From NCBI RefSeq assembly GCF_009914755.1, contig NC_060933.1: a stretch of DNA of 64,000 nucleotides. The stretch is one strand, 5' to 3'. Source of the DNA: the human T2T-CHM13v2.0 reference genome, Homo sapiens. Positions 61,600-64,000 of this stretch are shown here, piece by piece. The notes under the pieces are model-generated. The model saw only the letters and a list, made by a program, of their open reading frames with translations, was not told the DNA's origin and searched no databases. The stretch's first letter is position 1; every line of letters begins with the position of its first letter. A program made the translations under genes and the position numbers.

Positions 61600-61764
61600 C
61601 TGATGAAGAACTTCCAGGGTAACAGGGTAAAAGAGGTTTTCAATAATTATTCGAAGCACAGGGCTCTGCCCAGGTAGGACTGTGCCTTCATTGGAAGGAC
61701 CTCCAGAAAGGGCCAGGCTTCCTGATTGGACGGCACTGACAGCCTGCAGTGCAGCTTGGGCTCG
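61600..61764 (-). CDS. PTBP3: PTBP3 coding exon, 165 nt (RRM1-2 linker and start of RRM2): [55 protein letters not shown]
   Basis: Acceptor ttgttctatag|CGA, donor CAG|gtaagg; phase 0-0; missed by the ORF track. Confidence 0.95.
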
Positions 61765-62099
61765 CTATAGAACAACCCAAAATGAGAACTTTTGATTATA
61801 CAGACGCATTATATGAATCCTAAAATTTAGTTGACATAAAACAGTATGAAGCAATGTAGTTAAGTAAAACAAGATTTATCTACTCCGTCTGGAGATACAT
61901 ATCCTAAATTTGTAATCAGTCAACAGTCAAACACCTCCCTGCATACCACAATGACACAGTATTTTTAAAAGGTGCTTAAATTTACTTGAAGAATAAAAAC
62001 ACATGGATAAAAGGAGAAAATCTGGATGTAATTTTTATTTCCTAATTTTTTAAAGACAATGGGGGAAGAAATATGAAAGCAACATTAAAGACTATGGCA

Positions 62100-63100
62100 T
62101 GGGATGTTTACACCCAAACAAGGGTAGTCAAGACAAACTTCTAAATATTCTCCACTAAAAGAGACCAAGGCACTCTAAAAGAATAGCTGATTCCAGAACT
62201 GGGGCCCAGAAATCACAAGAAGAGTATAAAATATTTTTGTTTTGGGGCAGGGGGAGGGAGCGTTGATCAGAATGCAAGGAAATGTTCAAAGAATGATAGG
62301 GATATTCCAAAAGGACATAGAAACCAGCTTGAAGGGGCCTGCACTGGCCAAATCTAGGACAATCTGTGTATCAAAATAATAACAACTGTTAAAAACAGAA
62401 AATCCATCAAATAACATAGGAAACCTTTAGTCCATACCGATATAAATCAACAGCTGATAAGGAACAGTGTATTTACATAGTCTTAAAGTACCTGCCCACA
62501 AAATACTACTTTTCCCCCAAGTAACAACTTTATAGTGGAGAAGGCTGGCAAACACCACCCTAATCAAGTGATCAAAGAGCCCATCATTACTAACACAACA
62601 AATGGAAATTTTATAATGCAATGAAAAGAGCATTACTTCTGTGATGTTCTGTCAAAGACAGATACTCTGAATTGAATCACAAGGAAACATCAGACAAACT
62701 CAAACTGAGGGACATTCTTGAAAATAAATTGCCTATAATTTTCAACAGTGTCAAGGTTATGAAAGGCCCTAAAGGAGACTAAAAAGACATTACAATTAAA
62801 TGGAAATGTGATTCTAACTGAATCCTTTTGCTATAAACAAATATTATTGGGTCCATTAGCAAAACATAAATGGGGTATGAGGAATGGAGGGAACTTATGT
62901 ATCAATGATAACTTGCTGATGTTGACTGTTGTATTCTGGTTGATAGAAGAATGTTCTTGTTTGTAGGAAATGCAGGCTAAAAATATTGGACAGGAAAGAA
63001 GGACCAGAGTGGCATCTTATTCTCAAAAGCCTCAAGAAATCAAAACTCCTTTGTACCATAATGGAAACTTTTTTCTAAGTTTGTGATTGTCTCAAAATTT
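62100..63100 (+). mobile_element. Old L1M (L1MC/MD-like) 3' region
   Basis: gctgattccag, ctggccaaatc, aaactgagggacattc motifs, also seen at ~44810-46200. Confidence 0.6.
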
Positions 63101-64000
63101 AAAGCAACTATTATTACTTTGGGGCCACAGAGCAAGGTGCTGTCTCAAAAAAAAAAAAGTGTGTCTGATGCTAAAAATTATGAAGGAGCAGAATTCCTAT
63201 TATGCGAAATAATTTTTAAATGTTTGGGTAACAAACTCTTTGGAATAGTTAAATTAATAAAGGAAATAATAGCAGTAGTATGATCAGGAAAACAAATTTA
63301 ATGTGGGATAAGGAGAAATGTATACTTCATGTAAAATTTTAAAATGCCTGGAAAATGTAAAGAAGGTATTTCTCAGATTGAGAAGAAGAAAATTAACATA
63401 CAATAAAAATGCACAGATCTTAAGTGTTAAGTTTGATTGTTTTTTAGAGAAAATCCTTCTATGGTCATCTCATGGCAGATTTATAAACTTTCATCCACAA
63501 GGTCAAGAAAAGCTGCATACAATAATGACTCCTATTAACACGACCATTTCTCAAATGCTGTATCTCAGAATATGACCTAAATTTTACAGTTGTGACTTTA
63601 GTTTAAATCAAGGAAACAAAACACTTAATATTCACCTGACCTTCTGGCAAGTACAATCATAAACTGGAAAAGTAAAGTGCATATTTTGGGATAGCTTGCT
63701 ATTCAGAGAACAAAAAGGAATGAAACACTCATCTATCAGCTTTCTGGGAATGTCAGAATAAAAAGATACTACAGTACTTTAAAAATATCAAACAGGTATC
63801 TGCAAGTTGGACGTTAGGTTTGATGTAGGACTTTGAATTTTTAAAAAATTATTGCATTTTATCAAACATCAATGCATAAAAGTTGTACAAAAGCAACAAG
63901 ATGGAAAAAGTATTGGGAAGAAATGAAGGCTATCTCAGAATAAACTAGGTCATTTAGGCTGGCTTTGGTTGCCAAGCAACTGGGATTTCTCACTTTCTCT

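Noticed and set aside
63625-63645. Donor-like CAG|gtgaat near the window end as another PTBP3 exon
   Set aside because: Adjacent sequence does not encode recognisable RRM1 residues; upstream exons must lie beyond 64000.

Overview
Primate (apparently human) genomic DNA holding the 3' part of PTBP3 (ROD1, polypyrimidine tract-binding protein 3) on the minus strand. I reconstructed ten coding exons by hand from GT-AG boundaries (61600-61764, 51836-51946, 50086-50260, 33971-34048, 31248-31387, 30536-30569, 27535-27627, 26566-26782, 23288-23365, 23006-23138). They join into one 1224-nt frame (407 aa + TGA) covering the RRM1-2 linker, RRM2, the linker, RRM3 and RRM4. The 5' exons lie beyond the window. 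A 3' UTR of about 5.4-6.1 kb with several candidate poly(A) signals follows. Positions 1 to ~16800 are repeat-rich intergenic DNA. Introns and flanks carry Alu/FLAM/FAM, L1, L2, MIR, MaLR/ERVL LTRs, DNA transposons and small Pol III retrocopies (two 5S, one 7SL, one tRNA-Glu 5' fragment). Nearly all other ORF-track entries are repeat-derived. I found no new protein-coding system. The best candidates for undescribed biology are transposon-built RNA regulatory modules. (1) A ~134-nt pure (CUCUU)n tract, grown from an Alu tail, is PTB's own binding motif; it forms the acceptor of a predicted poison exon just upstream of the 34-nt exon homologous to the PTBP1/PTBP2 NMD switch. (2) A FLAM-derived in-frame alternative last-exon acceptor in the 3' UTR would swap the end of RRM4 for a 66-aa hydrophobic tail; an inverted FAM could pair with it over 28 bp. 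Repeat subfamily names and repeat boundaries are by eye and approximate.
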